DNA of 62,924 nucleotides, the filler included, from Licmophora abbreviata (taxonomy: Eukaryota): the NCBI GenBank assembly GCA_900291995.1. It is 13 parts of 13 records of this genome, joined end to end, with 100 filler letters (N's around TTAATTAATTAA, not from the genome) between each part and the next. Parts side by side here need not be neighbours in the genome. Positions count along the whole stretch, not along the records: positions 27,265 to 45,092 come from OLMU01003471.1; positions 45,193 to 46,478 come from OLMU01003473.1; positions 46,579 to 49,395 come from OLMU01003474.1; 10 more parts are not named here. One strand, given 5' to 3'. The notes under the pieces are model-generated. The model was not told the DNA's origin. It did not search any database and saw only the letters and a list, made by a program, of their open reading frames with translations. A program made the position numbers and the translations under genes. Positions 35,921-47,945 of this stretch are shown piece after piece (within the stretch, counting starts at the first letter, position 1; every line of letters starts with the position of its first letter).

Positions 35921-36799
35921 ATGCTTCGTGCATTTGGCGGTGCCGTCGGGAAAAGATGTATTTTGACGTCGTCATCTGTGCTTGGACGACCGGTTGCAGC
36001 CGCAGATGTGTCGTTTATGACTGTCTGCCGTCCTTCGAGTCATTCTATCCCTTCCCAGGCTGTCCCTAGACTGTCGAACAACCAAACGAGTGGGTCGTTA
36101 CGTTGGAGTAGCACCCAAGGCAAGGACGACCATGTTCCTTCGATTGAAGATCTTTCCGAGGCCTACAAGGCAAAGGCCATGCGCGCCGAACAACTCTCTC
36201 GCGATCTTGCCAAGCTCATGGAGAATCAAGACCAGCGCTTGCGTGAAGAACAGTCGAGGGGACTTGTCCAGCGTGTGGGAGATTTCATGAAGAGTAGCAG
36301 ATCGCAGATGATCAATATCGTTGCAGCCTTTCTCTGTGTGGTACTGGCGTATCAAACTGCATTGACACGACGGTATGGACGCTTGTTGGAGCAAAAGGTC
36401 AAAGAGAAGGAACGAGAGTTGGATCACAGACAAGCGTTGCTTCGATCATTGGCGAGTGACGACTTTCTGGCAAGCGTCGCGGAGCAGTGTGCAGCACAAG
36501 CATCGACGCTGTCGACGCGCTCTGGGTGGATGCTGTCGGGGTTAAGCAGGTCAGTGGCGTCGTCAGAGAAGATCGCGGAGGCCATGCTTCCCATTCTGCA
36601 AAAGGAGGTAGGCATTAAGGTTGGAGATTCAATACTGACGGACGAAGAAAAGAAGGAAAAGGTAGTTAGAGAACTCATGACAACTCAGCAAGGTGCCAAC
36701 ACGTCAAGGGTTGCGGTCGTAGAGGACGAATTGCAGGTCGAACTTATTGAAGACGAAAGCGGGACAAAGGTTGTCAAGGAGAGAGTGTTAAGTATTTAA
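35921..36799 (+). CDS. Uncharacterised single-TM coiled-coil protein, probably mitochondrial
   Basis: 292-aa ORF with an R/S-rich MLRAF presequence, an LRWSS cleavage-like site and one TM segment between coiled coils. Confidence 0.6.
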   Translation: MLRAFGGAVGKRCILTSSSVLGRPVAAADVSFMTVCRPSSHSIPSQAVPRLSNNQTSGSLRWSSTQGKDDHVPSIEDLSEAYKAKAMRAEQLSRDLAKLMENQDQRLREEQSRGLVQRVGDFMKSSRSQMINIVAAFLCVVLAYQTALTRRYGRLLEQKVKEKERELDHRQALLRSLASDDFLASVAEQCAAQASTLSTRSGWMLSGLSRSVASSEKIAEAMLPILQKEVGIKVGDSILTDEEKKEKVVRELMTTQQGANTSRVAVVEDELQVELIEDESGTKVVKERVLSI

Positions 36800-36871
36800 A
36801 GTCATTTAATAGAATAGTGTCATGTGAACGACGGGGTACAGAATACATCCGGTCGATTGATGGGTCCGAGG

Positions 36872-37351
36872 CTAGTCTGTGCTTCGAGGGTTTCCGTCCG
36901 AGTCTTGGCAAACACGAGAGTCCTTGAGGCCTTTGTCGTTTGAATACCACCTACCAGCAACAAGTCTCTTCGATCGCTTCTTCACAAATCGCACGGACTT
37001 GCCTAGCTTATGACGGACCGAGGTAGCGAGGTTCGGAGTCGGCTTGCTCGTGATGATCACGAATGCACCACTTGCATCACTGAAATGATGCAGATCTCCG
37101 CTGTGTCCTTCTCCGTCGTGAAGGTCGACTTCTGTAGTCTCTGAGGTCATCAAAGACGCCGAGTCGCTTCGATGCTTGGTGGGGCAGCTGAGTTCCAGTA
37201 GGCTTTTGTCTTTCATTGCATTCTTGAGGAGGATATTCCCACTCTTCTTTCGCCCTTTCACCGTGTGAATCGACTCCACGACAGTATCATCAACACTTTC
37301 CTCATCGTCGTCAATACTGTCGCTTCGAACGTACAGCTTATTGTACGTCAT
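36872..37351 (-). CDS. Hypothetical protein
   Basis: Roughly 160-aa open frame from MTYNKLY with a disordered composition; no recognised domain. Confidence 0.4.
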   Translation of the reverse strand: MTYNKLYVRSDSIDDDEESVDDTVVESIHTVKGRKKSGNILLKNAMKDKSLLELSCPTKHRSDSASLMTSETTEVDLHDGEGHSGDLHHFSDASGAFVIITSKPTPNLATSVRHKLGKSVRFVKKRSKRLVAGRWYSNDKGLKDSRVCQDSDGNPRSTD

Positions 37352-37751
37352 TATCGGTTGCGTTCCTACTGATAAGGTCATCTTGTATGGCGTGCAATAC
37401 TTCGTACCGGTCACAGTGGCAGAATTGTGTCGACAACATACGAAGAGCTCAAATGCAACCGTTGCACTCCTGTCAGGATTGAAGGGAGTAGAGACTTAGA
37501 CCTAAGATGCCCTTCTTAGAACGTTACATTTTCTTCCACGATCGTTTCTACCCCGCGGCACACACAAAGGTGCGCGGAGTGGATGCTACTGACATGCAGT
37601 GTACATGTGGTGAGAAGATGATGATCAAGTTGTTTTGGTAAGAACAATGTACACACATTCGGAACTTTCGACATCTCATTGTTACTCAGAAAGACGAATG
37701 GTATGAGCAGTTCCTCTTCCAATGTTAATTCTACATCTCTATCGATATGTG

Positions 37752-39332
37752 TTACAGTTCTCCTCGACGCTGCATATCGCGCACTTTCTTCCTCAAATCT
37801 TTCAGCTTGAAGGACTCTCCATCGTTCTGAGAAAAATCGTCCTCGAGTTCATCATCTGTGTACGCGTCGTCGTCGTCCGCGAAGGACTCCGCGTCGTACT
37901 CATCGTCATCCGCGTTGCCCTCGTACATGACGGCAGTGTCGTGGACCCAATCGTAGCCTTGATCGTAGGCAACATCTTCATCGTCCGCAAACATGAGAGG
38001 ATTACCCTGATCGTCTAACTGAATGGTTTTGTCTTGTTGCTCTTTCCAAGGGTCCTGGTAATCCGCCCGTTCAAATTTGTCTCGTAGCTCCTCGATCCGG
38101 CCTTCACATGCCTCTAGAATGATTTTCCACAAATCCTTCGTTCCTTCGCCTGTGATGCTACTTACACTGAATGGTTGTCCGTCAGGGAGACCTAGTCCCA
38201 TTCGAATTGCTTCCAATCGCGGATCGATCTCTTTCTTGCCTAGCTTGTCCAGTTTTGTTGCTACAACCACCAGCGGCACCCCCATGTCGTACAAGGCAGC
38301 TAGGACAGCACGGTCGTCGTCACTGGGTTCTCTTCTAGCATCCACCAGTAGTATACCCAATGCCAGTTCTTCTCGCCTATCTAGGTATCGTTCTGCTGCC
38401 AGCTGTACGGAGTCCTTGATTTCCTTGCTAAGTTTTGCATAGCCAAACCCAGGTAAGTCGACAAGTCCCAGTATCGGTTTCGCCAAGACCCCCTTCGCTT
38501 TGGTATTTCCCAACATAGCATATAGATTGACGGATGCTGTAGCTCCTGGAGTCTTTCCTACACGTGCTTGGTCACTGGCAAAGTCGGCACCGCTGCCCAG
38601 GGCCGCCGATGACAGGCGATTGAGCAATGAGGACTTGCCAACGTTTGATCTACCCAAGAATGCAACTTCCGGGACCCCGACTCTAGGAGGCAGTCGTGTA
38701 CCGAGATAGGATCCAATGTAGCTCATACCACACGGTACAGTGGACGGGTTGAATCGTTTCCATTTGAGTAGCTGTTGATTGGCATCGCTCAAGAGGGCCT
38801 TTGATTTCATTTTCGGCTCATTGTATGTATTCCATTCGTCATCGTCGACATCACTCATGTCACCACTCAATCCCATTTTGATGCGCTCACGACGAATTGT
38901 TTCGACTTCCACATTCTTTTGGGCGTCCTTGGCACTCAGAACTTGCCATGGTGGCACGTGAGACTTGGAACTGGGCAATACGACAGAGGCACGTTTCCCA
39001 GATTTCGGTTGATCCTTACTATTGGTTGAGTACGGAGACGATACTGACTTGCTTGGTGTACCGCTTCCAGTAGCTGAACTAGTACGTTTTGCCGTTTTCT
39101 TCTTGTTGTTTCCGTTCGACCTTGACTTCTTTCCAGGCTTCTTGGCCATTTGTAGGCGCAGGGGAGACTCTCCGAATGACAGTTGTCGCCGTGGAAAGAT
39201 CGTGATGGCGTGTTGATGATGCGAAAGTCGTAATTTCGCACTATTCAGAAACACAAGGAACCCAGCAGCTCGACAAACAGCTACAAGTAGAGTGCAGACG
39301 ATGGCGAGCGAGCGTATTCTATAAAGGCCCAT
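37752..39332 (-). CDS. engB: EngB/YsxC ribosome-biogenesis GTPase, probably plastid-targeted
   Basis: PEVAFLGRSNVGKSSLLN, KTPG.T, DLPGFGYA, TKLD and VSS. Presequence AAG|FLV. Confidence 0.92.
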   Translation of the reverse strand: MGLYRIRSLAIVCTLLVAVCRAAGFLVFLNSAKLRLSHHQHAITIFPRRQLSFGESPLRLQMAKKPGKKSRSNGNNKKKTAKRTSSATGSGTPSKSVSSPYSTNSKDQPKSGKRASVVLPSSKSHVPPWQVLSAKDAQKNVEVETIRRERIKMGLSGDMSDVDDDEWNTYNEPKMKSKALLSDANQQLLKWKRFNPSTVPCGMSYIGSYLGTRLPPRVGVPEVAFLGRSNVGKSSLLNRLSSAALGSGADFASDQARVGKTPGATASVNLYAMLGNTKAKGVLAKPILGLVDLPGFGYAKLSKEIKDSVQLAAERYLDRREELALGILLVDARREPSDDDRAVLAALYDMGVPLVVVATKLDKLGKKEIDPRLEAIRMGLGLPDGQPFSVSSITGEGTKDLWKIILEACEGRIEELRDKFERADYQDPWKEQQDKTIQLDDQGNPLMFADDEDVAYDQGYDWVHDTAVMYEGNADDDEYDAESFADDDDAYTDDELEDDFSQNDGESFKLKDLRKKVRDMQRRGEL

Positions 39333-39638
39333 GGTGCAATCTCGTCTTCACTGAGTGCATGGTCTTTGTGTCCTGTGTGTGTCGGCCTTTGATGTTTTGT
39401 TCCGTATTAGCAAAGTGTGTTCGATTCGAATTCTTGTGCGGTGCAGAGCTCACACGTCTGTATGTCGCTCCCTAGATAGAACAAGACGCATTGACGTCAT
39501 ATACGGAAGTTCTACGTGATGCTACGGTGGGCAGAGCGGACCACGCACAGCCACGTTCAACACAACATCCAAATTTGATGGATTGACGTTGTTGACGTTG
39601 CATTGATCGCTCGAAGATCGGCCGTTCCCTGCCTTACC

Positions 39639-40674
39639 ATGCGGAAAGTTCTTGTTTCGTTTGCCTTTCTGGCCTTGACGTCGCCCAAGGTGCACGCGTT
39701 TAGCGCGTCGTTCCGTCCTGGGTCGTCCAAGAGCTTCGTGAGAGTCGCCGCCAATCATCGATCGCCATCAGCCATTTCGACGACCACGGGGCTCTCCATG
39801 TCGGAGGAGGAGGGAGATCAAGTCGCAGTAGACAGTAGTCCCATGGAAGAGGGATCGCATGGGGAGCTCATGTACGCGTTGGGGGTCAACCTAGCGCGCC
39901 AGTTGGGAGACGTGAGACCGCTCGTCGCCGATGGAGAGGAACTCGCCTCTCTCGCACGGGGCTTGTTGGATACCGTGATAGGACGCTTGTCGGACGAGGG
40001 ACAGCGTTCCCTTCTGGGACGACGAGGCATGGAGCTCAATGAGCTCATAACGCAACGAGCGTAAGTATTGCAATGAGTGTTCTAGAATGTGCGCACTGCT
40101 CGTTGGTTTGGCTCGGGCATGTTCGACTCATCGTTTGCCTTCCTCTCCATACGCTTCCCAACAAAGCAACGAGATTCGCGATAACCTGATTGAACGAGGC
40201 CGAGTCATGTTGGCGGAAATGTCCGAAAACGAGAATGCTGAATATTTGGAAACCGGTGTGGTCGTGCATGTCTTGGAATCAGGCCCTGAAGGCCCGGGCC
40301 AAGGAGCACGCCCCACTCAGGCGAGCACGATCAAGGTGCACTACCATGGAACCCTTTGCGACGGAACTGTCTTTGACTCCACTCTAGATGGAGAACCAGT
40401 CACATTTCCCTTGGCCGGTGTCATTCCTGGATGGCGCGATGGACTCCTAAGGATGCACGAGGGAGAGACGGCCATGCTTGGTATTCCGCCGGATGAGGCG
40501 TATGGAGCCGAAGGAACACCCGACGGACGCGTGCCCCCAGGATCGACCCTTTTTTTCAAAGTGCAGCTCTTGGAAGTCATGTCGGCAGAAATAGGTGGAG
40601 CGCCCAAGCTTGTGGACGCACAAGGAAACAAGTTGGATGGCAGCCAGCCCGATAACGGTGGTTTGATCTATTAG
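39639..40674 (+). CDS. FKBP-type peptidyl-prolyl isomerase with an FkpA/MIP-like N-domain, plastid-targeted
   Basis: VHA|FSA presequence, YALGV, VHYHGTL.DGTVFDS, VIPGW, IPP..AYG and STLFFKVQLL. Intron 40061-40166. Confidence 0.92.
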
Positions 40675-41055
40675 CTAGCTACGAGTAGATGAAAGCAACA
40701 CGCATGGCGAAATCTCTCCAAGAAGTGAACTCGAGCATAGCTGATTATCTTCCCGTTTAATAGTAATATAAATCAGCCAACAAGAGAAATCATAGCGATT
40801 ATAGAGCGCAGCAGGGCCGAGATACAGGTACATCGATCGAGTAAAGCCTAAAGCTGCTTAACATGAACATTGGAGCTCGCGTTGAATCTGCGTAGACCTC
40901 GCGCTCCTGTGTAGCGACGCGGGAGAGGTGATGGATGATGTTGATGGTGACCATGAGAATATATTTCGTGTGTTTGGAGGCACAGTACTCGGCACCTTAG
41001 GCTTATTTTCTTTTTCTTTATCCAAAATTGACGCATCCTATCGATAGAGCATAAA

Positions 41056-44000
41056 ATGAGCCAAGAAGAACTGACAAAGAGAGCAGCGACAGCCGACGAA
41101 TCTCCAGTGAAGGAAGTTGCGCCGGATGCCGGAGACACTGCTTCTGAATCCCAGGAAGAGGCATATTTTGACAACGACGATGAAATGCCGCTGTTGAAAT
41201 ACGCTCGTTTAGTCGGATCCTTACCAAGGTTGCCTCGCGCCACGACCAAACATCCAAGTCGCCCTTTATCCGTCGACTGTACTTGCTCCGCCATGGGCAA
41301 GGTTGGACTCACGCCTGAGGTGCTGCTCCCGGATGGCAGCAGCGGCGACGCTACGAGAAGTAGCAAAGTGGCGGCGTCCATTCGATCTTCAGACTTGGTC
41401 TGGAAGCATCCTCATTATTTACTCGCCATGGGATTTCGAGACGGAACTGTGTCTCTGGTGGATGCTCATACGGCAATGGCGATCGCACCGTCCGATCAAC
41501 TCGTCGTCGGAATGAAATCAGAAGCGATTGTTGACATTTGCTTCGATGCAAGTGGGACATTTCTAGCAGCAATCAATACTGCAGGCGTGTGCGCTATATG
41601 GGAGCTGAAGTATACTGCAACGAGATCCATGGTAGTCGTCAGCGACGTGGATGAATCGGCGGCTGCCGGGACAAGTGGATCGCAAGACCAGTCTGGCAAT
41701 CCGTTTGCCAGCTTCTTGACAAACTTGGCTGCTCCCAGCTCAACTCGTCCCAACGCTACGACTTCGGATGGTGGTGCCTCGTGGCCATCCACTCTGATTA
41801 CGACGACATCTTCGATTCAGGTCACGCGCATCTCGTACCCAGCTTCCTTTGGAAGACCAACCGCACTCAAGATTGATCCATCCTACAAACGCAAACGCGA
41901 AAAGGCAATTCTGGTTGGATTTTCCGGTGGTCGATTAGTGTTTACGAAACGCGGCTATGTATTTCAGCGCAGAAATGATATGCCGATCTACCAAGGGGTC
42001 GTGGGAGCTGACTATCAGGGGATTGAAGCGATTGCCTGGCGAGGTTCGATGGCGGCATGGGCAGATGCGAATGGCATCAAGATATACGATACGGACGCAA
42101 TGGCGAAGATTGCGCATGTGGATCGGCCGACGGGGGCACGCGCGGTGCTCTATCCAACGATTTCCTCACTGCGTCCGTCGTTGCTCTACGAGACGAGCGA
42201 CAGGCTTCTGGTGGCCTGGGGTGATTGCGTAATGAGTTTGACTGTACAAGAAACTATTGTGAACCGAAGGCTGACGGTTGAGTCAAATGCCATGACAAGT
42301 GCCGGAGCGAACGGCTCGGGGACTACCGAAACAGCAGTCGTCAAGAAGCGAACGGTACAGGGATCCATGGCATGGGAGCTGGACTGTGTCGCTTGTGATG
42401 TCGTACCACTGGATGAGGAACATGTGGCTATCCTCGGCCTTGTTCCGCCGGAGACAGATGACGAGGCGCGAGACACCCTACAAGAGGGTTGTGTGGGAAG
42501 TGGAAACGATCTGGAGGTGCAGGTTGTTTCCCGGACACATGGAACGATAACGTATGCAGACGCGTTGCCCATTCTCCGCGCTGATGCGCACGAAGCGGCC
42601 GAAAAGGAATCTGCAGGCGACTTTCGTCTACTGTCCTCTTTTGCCATACCGCGCATGGAGGACTTAGTTGAAGTGGAAGAGGAAGATGCACTGAATGCCG
42701 ATGATCAGGACTTCGACCTCCAGATGCCCATATTTGGTCCAAGTGGATCTACCGCGAATACTACCTTCACAAACCCGCACACGCGATGGAGTCTCATGGA
42801 CATATCCTATCAATTCCACGAGGATGATGACGCCACCAGAATTTTCAACATAGTCAAGGATAAACCCGAAAAGTCTGACGAAGGTCTAGGACGTAATGGA
42901 GCGGCGAATGGCGAAGATTATTCGGATGCGGAGAGCGTCGATAGCGACGACTATTCCTTCGTGCTGCGGCCGTGGTCGCCACCAAGGATCGATGAAGGCT
43001 CAACGACAACTGTTCCGCCACCTGTCATGATCGTGTGTGCTGCGTCCGACTCTGTCCTTGTCAGGACACGAGAGGTAGACGACGCAATTTCTCACGCTCT
43101 TTTAGCAGGTAGGCGAGGCCTCGCACTTAGACGAGCACTGCAACACAAGCGACATTTGCGTCGGTACGATCTCAATACCCTCATTGATGAATACCTGGGC
43201 GCTGTGTTGCGAATGGGAACTAGGATCGGAGAGCAGAAGACGGAAAGAGACGAATCAACCTTGGGACTACCACATAAACAACTGTCGATTCGACGTTTGA
43301 AGCTTGCGGCAGAGGCGATGCCAATGCTTCTGGGCGGGCACGTCCGCATGTGGGAGAAGTGGTGTGACGTATTCTCGCGAATTCCCGGAGGGTTATTTGT
43401 TCTACGCGAACATCTTCCTGTAAGAGGTGAGCCATTGTCACAAGAGTTAGTATGGGGAAAGGTCCCGATGAATATATTCTGTCTCATGTGTCAGTGTTCA
43501 ACGTCCGATCTCTCGACACAGACCCAGTTCTTCCCTCCATGGTGTACGAAAATGCATTGCTGACGATGCTAACTGAAGCCGAAGGAATCTTTTTGAAGAC
43601 CGAGAACGGCAGCAATGAAGCAGATTCGCCTGCACTTTATTCTGGTGCCCTGCTTCAGCTCTTGAGTACATTGAAGTCCTGGGGGCCCGTTCAGTATTTA
43701 AGAGAAATGATCCGGTTCTACCGGTACTTCGATAGCTTGCAAGCGAGGAAGCTGCACACGGAGGAAGTACCACCGAGTAACGCTCTGATTGACGCCGAAA
43801 GGTCTCTCGGTCGACGGCTCCATCAAACGTCTGCGGGTTATCTACAACTCCGACCTACAGAAGGGTCGCAAACAGCGCAGGAAGCGTCGATCGTCCGTGC
43901 TCCAGACGATTCGCCTCAGTCGCTTTTCGCGCTGGAGCGTATTCTCTCCGAAGTAGCATCTCGTGCTCCCCTCATTGACCAGTCCAACAGCGGTACAGAA

Positions 44001-45092
44001 ATAACGCCACTCACCAACAACCAAGCAGCCTTAGAGGCATGTGCTGAGCTAAATATGATGCGGGGGAGATACGAGCTATCATTGAAATACATCATGGCCA
44101 TCGCAAACCTGTATGCTCCGATAAGTGTCGAGGATGTAGAATCGGCTGCGATTGGAATAGTGAATAGTGGCTCGGAGGATCAGGCTCGAACTCAGAAAGA
44201 TGCCCAGCGTTACGGTTATGTGCTTGCGATGATCGAGTATCACCATCTGCACCACTGTCTTCTCGATGAGGACTTTCTTATCTCGGTAGACTCCGCTGAC
44301 ACGGGCAAGTCGGAGCGTTGCGCACCCCCGCTGGTCTCCTTGATGCGGCTCATTGGTCTTGACTCGATCGGCGACTTCCTCCTCGAGCATTGCGTGCCGC
44401 CTCCGACCAATAAGACGCGCTCTCCCTGGAGTTTGCGCGTACGGTCCAAGCCTTCGGAGGAGGCACTAGCAATGAACACACACGATACGCTTCCGATAAA
44501 CGTCGTGGCCGAGCAGCTCAGTGGGACCCCGAAGCTTCTTCACTGGTATCTCCATCTGGTTTTTCTGCGAAAGCCAGAGATGTACGTCAAGTTTCCAAGC
44601 ACTGCTGTTCCACCCAAGTCCGTCACAGATCTGCATCGCCTCCACCTCGACCTTTACATCAAGTACACGGACAAAAGAGATTCGTCAATGTCGTTGGCAG
44701 GCACGGAGGTGTATAATCTGGAACGAACGACGACTCCATTGCTTTCTTTCCTGAAGGTACGTTGAACTCGTTTTGCTGTTCTAGAGTTTGCGCGCACTCC
44801 ACGATGTGGCTTAGATCTTTTCTCGTTTTTGATCATCAGGCCGCGTTACCCCTCGGTGGTATTCGACCGGAGGAGGTACGCCGTCTCTTCGAATCTCAGC
44901 GCTCTGGTGTGCGGCAAGGCGTGCCATCCAACGTTGTAAAGGACCCGCAAGCATTTGCGATTGAGCTGGCTTATGTTATTGAGCACCATGGCGACGACTC
45001 AGAGGAGGAAGCAAAGACCATATTGGATTTATATCTGAATGGGTGCAAGTCCCTCATGCTCGCAGTCGCATTTGCCCAACGCGACAGGTCCC
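41056..45092 (+). CDS. VPS41: HOPS subunit Vps41-like; 3' end lost in gap
   Basis: Acidic start followed by PLLKYARL, a beta-propeller (IAWRG..AAWA..GIKIYD, LLVAWGD) and a helical region (LLHWYLH, LLSFLK). Introns 43427-43521 and 44757-44839. Confidence 0.8.
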
Positions 45093-45192
45093 NNNNNNNN
45101 NNNNNNNNNNNNNNNNNNNNNNNNNNNNNNNNNNNNTTAATTAATTAANNNNNNNNNNNNNNNNNNNNNNNNNNNNNNNNNNNNNNNNNNNN

Positions 45193-45942
45193 AGCTGCTG
45201 CCCCCGGAGGAGGGAGCAGGAGCGGGAACGTCCAACAGATTGCCGGTGCTCGAATGAGCCGACGACGGCGCCGATCTAGAATGGCCGTCTTCCGCAAAGA
45301 CGTCCAGCAAGGGTTCCGACGATGCCACTCGATGAGGAGCAGCCGGCGTCGGTCGCGGATTTGGGGTTGGTGCAGCACGACGCGCTGCCTCAAACTCAGC
45401 CTCGTCGTCATCATCGTCGTCCTCTTCGATACTGACACGCGTCACTTTGGCAACGACACTACCGAGCCATGTGGGGATAAGCTCATTGTCATTGACGCAG
45501 TCCATCCAGACCGCCATAGCCCCTTTTACACGATCGCCTCCAGGAACAAGCGGACTCTTGAAACGAAAGTGATAGCGTCCTGGAAGCGGAAAGGCGTCCC
45601 TGACCTGGCCTAGAGTAGGAGGAGCGCCCGCTTGTCGCGGCTTGGGCGCCAAGAAGACATTCGGATGCGATTCAACGTCGCCATCCTCCGGAATAAAGTA
45701 TCTGAAAGAGAGCGAGAGAGAAGAGCAGAGCAGACTAGTACTGTGAGAAACGTGAGTAGGGAAGAGGCTTGGCGCCGGGACTCGCACGAGACCGCGACGT
45801 CTGGGCTCAGCAAGACTGAGGTGCGTGCAGACGCCTTTCTTCTGAGAGAGCAGGCTTCCGTCTCTTTCTCTCTTCCGCCACTCAACGCCCACAAGAGGAC
45901 AGGCGACAATACGACACACGAGACGCACCGAATAGACGTCAT
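45193..45942 (-). CDS. DIX-domain protein; 3' end lost in gap
   Basis: Micro-exon MTSIR plus intron 45702-45928 joins to YFIPED...PTLGQVRDAFPLPGRYHFRFK...VWMDC...IPTWLGSVVAKV, followed by a disordered linker. Confidence 0.75.
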
Positions 45943-46286
45943 GGTGGGGCTTTGCTGCTCGCCCCAAAGGTTCCGCGGCAACAATGAGCTCATGGTCGAG
46001 TCAAGTCGCATGCATCGCAGCGCCTCAGCGGTATGTTCGTCTATGTTCACTAGGGTAACATTCAATGACCTTTGTCGTAGGATTCAGTAGCATTTCTACG
46101 GCCTTCTCAACGGATGGACTTTCTGGCCGGCGACAAGAAAAATGAGACTGACGACGAGCAGGACACAAAAAGTTTTGTCATGTGATTGATGTCTGTCGTC
46201 CCAGTACCTGGTAGTCTAGTCTAGTCTAGTCCTCTCTTCAATACCATGCCTAAGTATCATACGAAAATGAAGCATACCTCCAGAGC

Positions 46287-47394
46287 CTACAGTTCCTTGC
46301 CTTCTCGCCGTTGCTGCTCTTCATACAGGGCATTCAAGTCCTGTCCTGCCAGCCTCTTTTCCAATTCGGCCATCTCGTCATCGGTCGGAACCTGCGAATC
46401 GGATGCCGACTGCACTTCAGGGTTCGCCGCTCGCCCATCTTCTGTTCTCCACGTACGAAAGCCGTCTTCCCCTTGCTGNNNNNNNNNNNNNNNNNNNNNN
46501 NNNNNNNNNNNNNNNNNNNNNNTTAATTAATTAANNNNNNNNNNNNNNNNNNNNNNNNNNNNNNNNNNNNNNNNNNNNCGGACGCATCATTGCTGCGAGG
46601 CTGCTTCTCGAACACAACCGAGGGCCGGTTGTACGCCACGTCCAGTTCCGAATCGCCCGGAGCGGTCCAAACCTCCATCTGACCTCGATGAGGGTACAAC
46701 TCAATGGGACGCAAGTTGGCAGCATGCTGCTCAATCATGGGATACTGCCGTGCCACACACTGTTCCAACGACACGTCTGTGTTTCAAAGTATAGATAGAC
46801 AGAAACAACAACAATAAAAAACACATATGAGTATAATTCATACGCGAAAGTAGTGTTCTGCGACACACAATACAGCATACAACATACCTGATACCCTTGC
46901 GACTTTTCCGACAAACCAAAATATACCCGAGTCTGGCTCTCGCACATAGATATCGTTCGTGAGTTCCTTTCCTCCCGCATCTCGTATCGCAACAAAGTGC
47001 TTGTTTTGTCGCATGACATTGCGAGGGACGTAGGTCATATCGGGAGGGATCGATGGAGTCTGTCATGTAACAACAAAGGAAGAGTATCGAGACGGCGATC
47101 AGGAGTGAGTTGCAAGAGTGGTGCCTCCTCTCTATCACAGTGTGAAGGCGTCGTACTTCCTCCACAGTTCCACGCCCCGGCGCGACGCACCTCGTCGTCT
47201 TCGTCGTCCTGCAAGTTATCCCACTTGGATCCTTGGAGGATCACTGCGCGACCCACATGACGTCTCTGGATGCATGGATGATCGTTATAGACCGCTGGTA
47301 GAGGAGAAAAGGTCTCCGCCACGTGCACCCTGGCGACAATACCGACAACAACACAGGCGACAACTGATGCGTTGGTAGCTCGGAAAAGAGTCAT
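46287..47394 (-). CDS. Uncharacterised, probably plastid-targeted protein; multi-exon, spans a linker
   Basis: AET|FSP presequence. Exons encode DMTYVPRN..FWFVGKVAR and LRPIEL..WTAPGDSELDVAYN; after the gap GEDGFRTWR...KEL-stop. Confidence 0.7.
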
Positions 47395-47945
47395 GACTGA
47401 ACGCGCGGCCTGGCGGCTTTAAAATTTATACTCTCCTCTTGGAAAGCGCTATAACTGCAGATTCTTCAGCGGACGAGGAAGTCGGGGTGAGAAAAGGAGC
47501 GAACATTAATTCAAAATGCAGACCCAAGTCCTTCTCAAACAGCAGAGTCCCAACTCTCATCGGCGCATGATGCCCGCCGTGTTTCGGCGCGCGCTAAATC
47601 TCGCGATCTATGCTGGCTCGCGCCGGCGCAGGGCGGGGGGCTGCCACGACACTCCGACAGTTCTAAGGATGCTAACTCACATCAGCAATACATGAAGCTG
47701 CCATACGACAGCTCCTGCTCGTGTTCGATTCTTTCTTACACAATCATGTGCAACCTAATTTGACTAACTAGCTAAGCAGTCTACCAGTTCTTTCAGTTCC
47801 TTACTCGTAGACAGTGAATGAGCGTTTCGCGAGTGCAACCCTCGGGGACTTGCGGGCTCGATTCTTCGTGTATAATATACAGTCTCTCGTATTCAAGAGA
47901 GCACCTACAACTCGCATCGCATGAGTTCTTGGGGTTCTCTTCTTT

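Noticed and set aside
46212..46231. (TAGTC)4 microsatellite
   Set aside because: Short simple repeat in an intergenic or UTR region, with no evidence of function.
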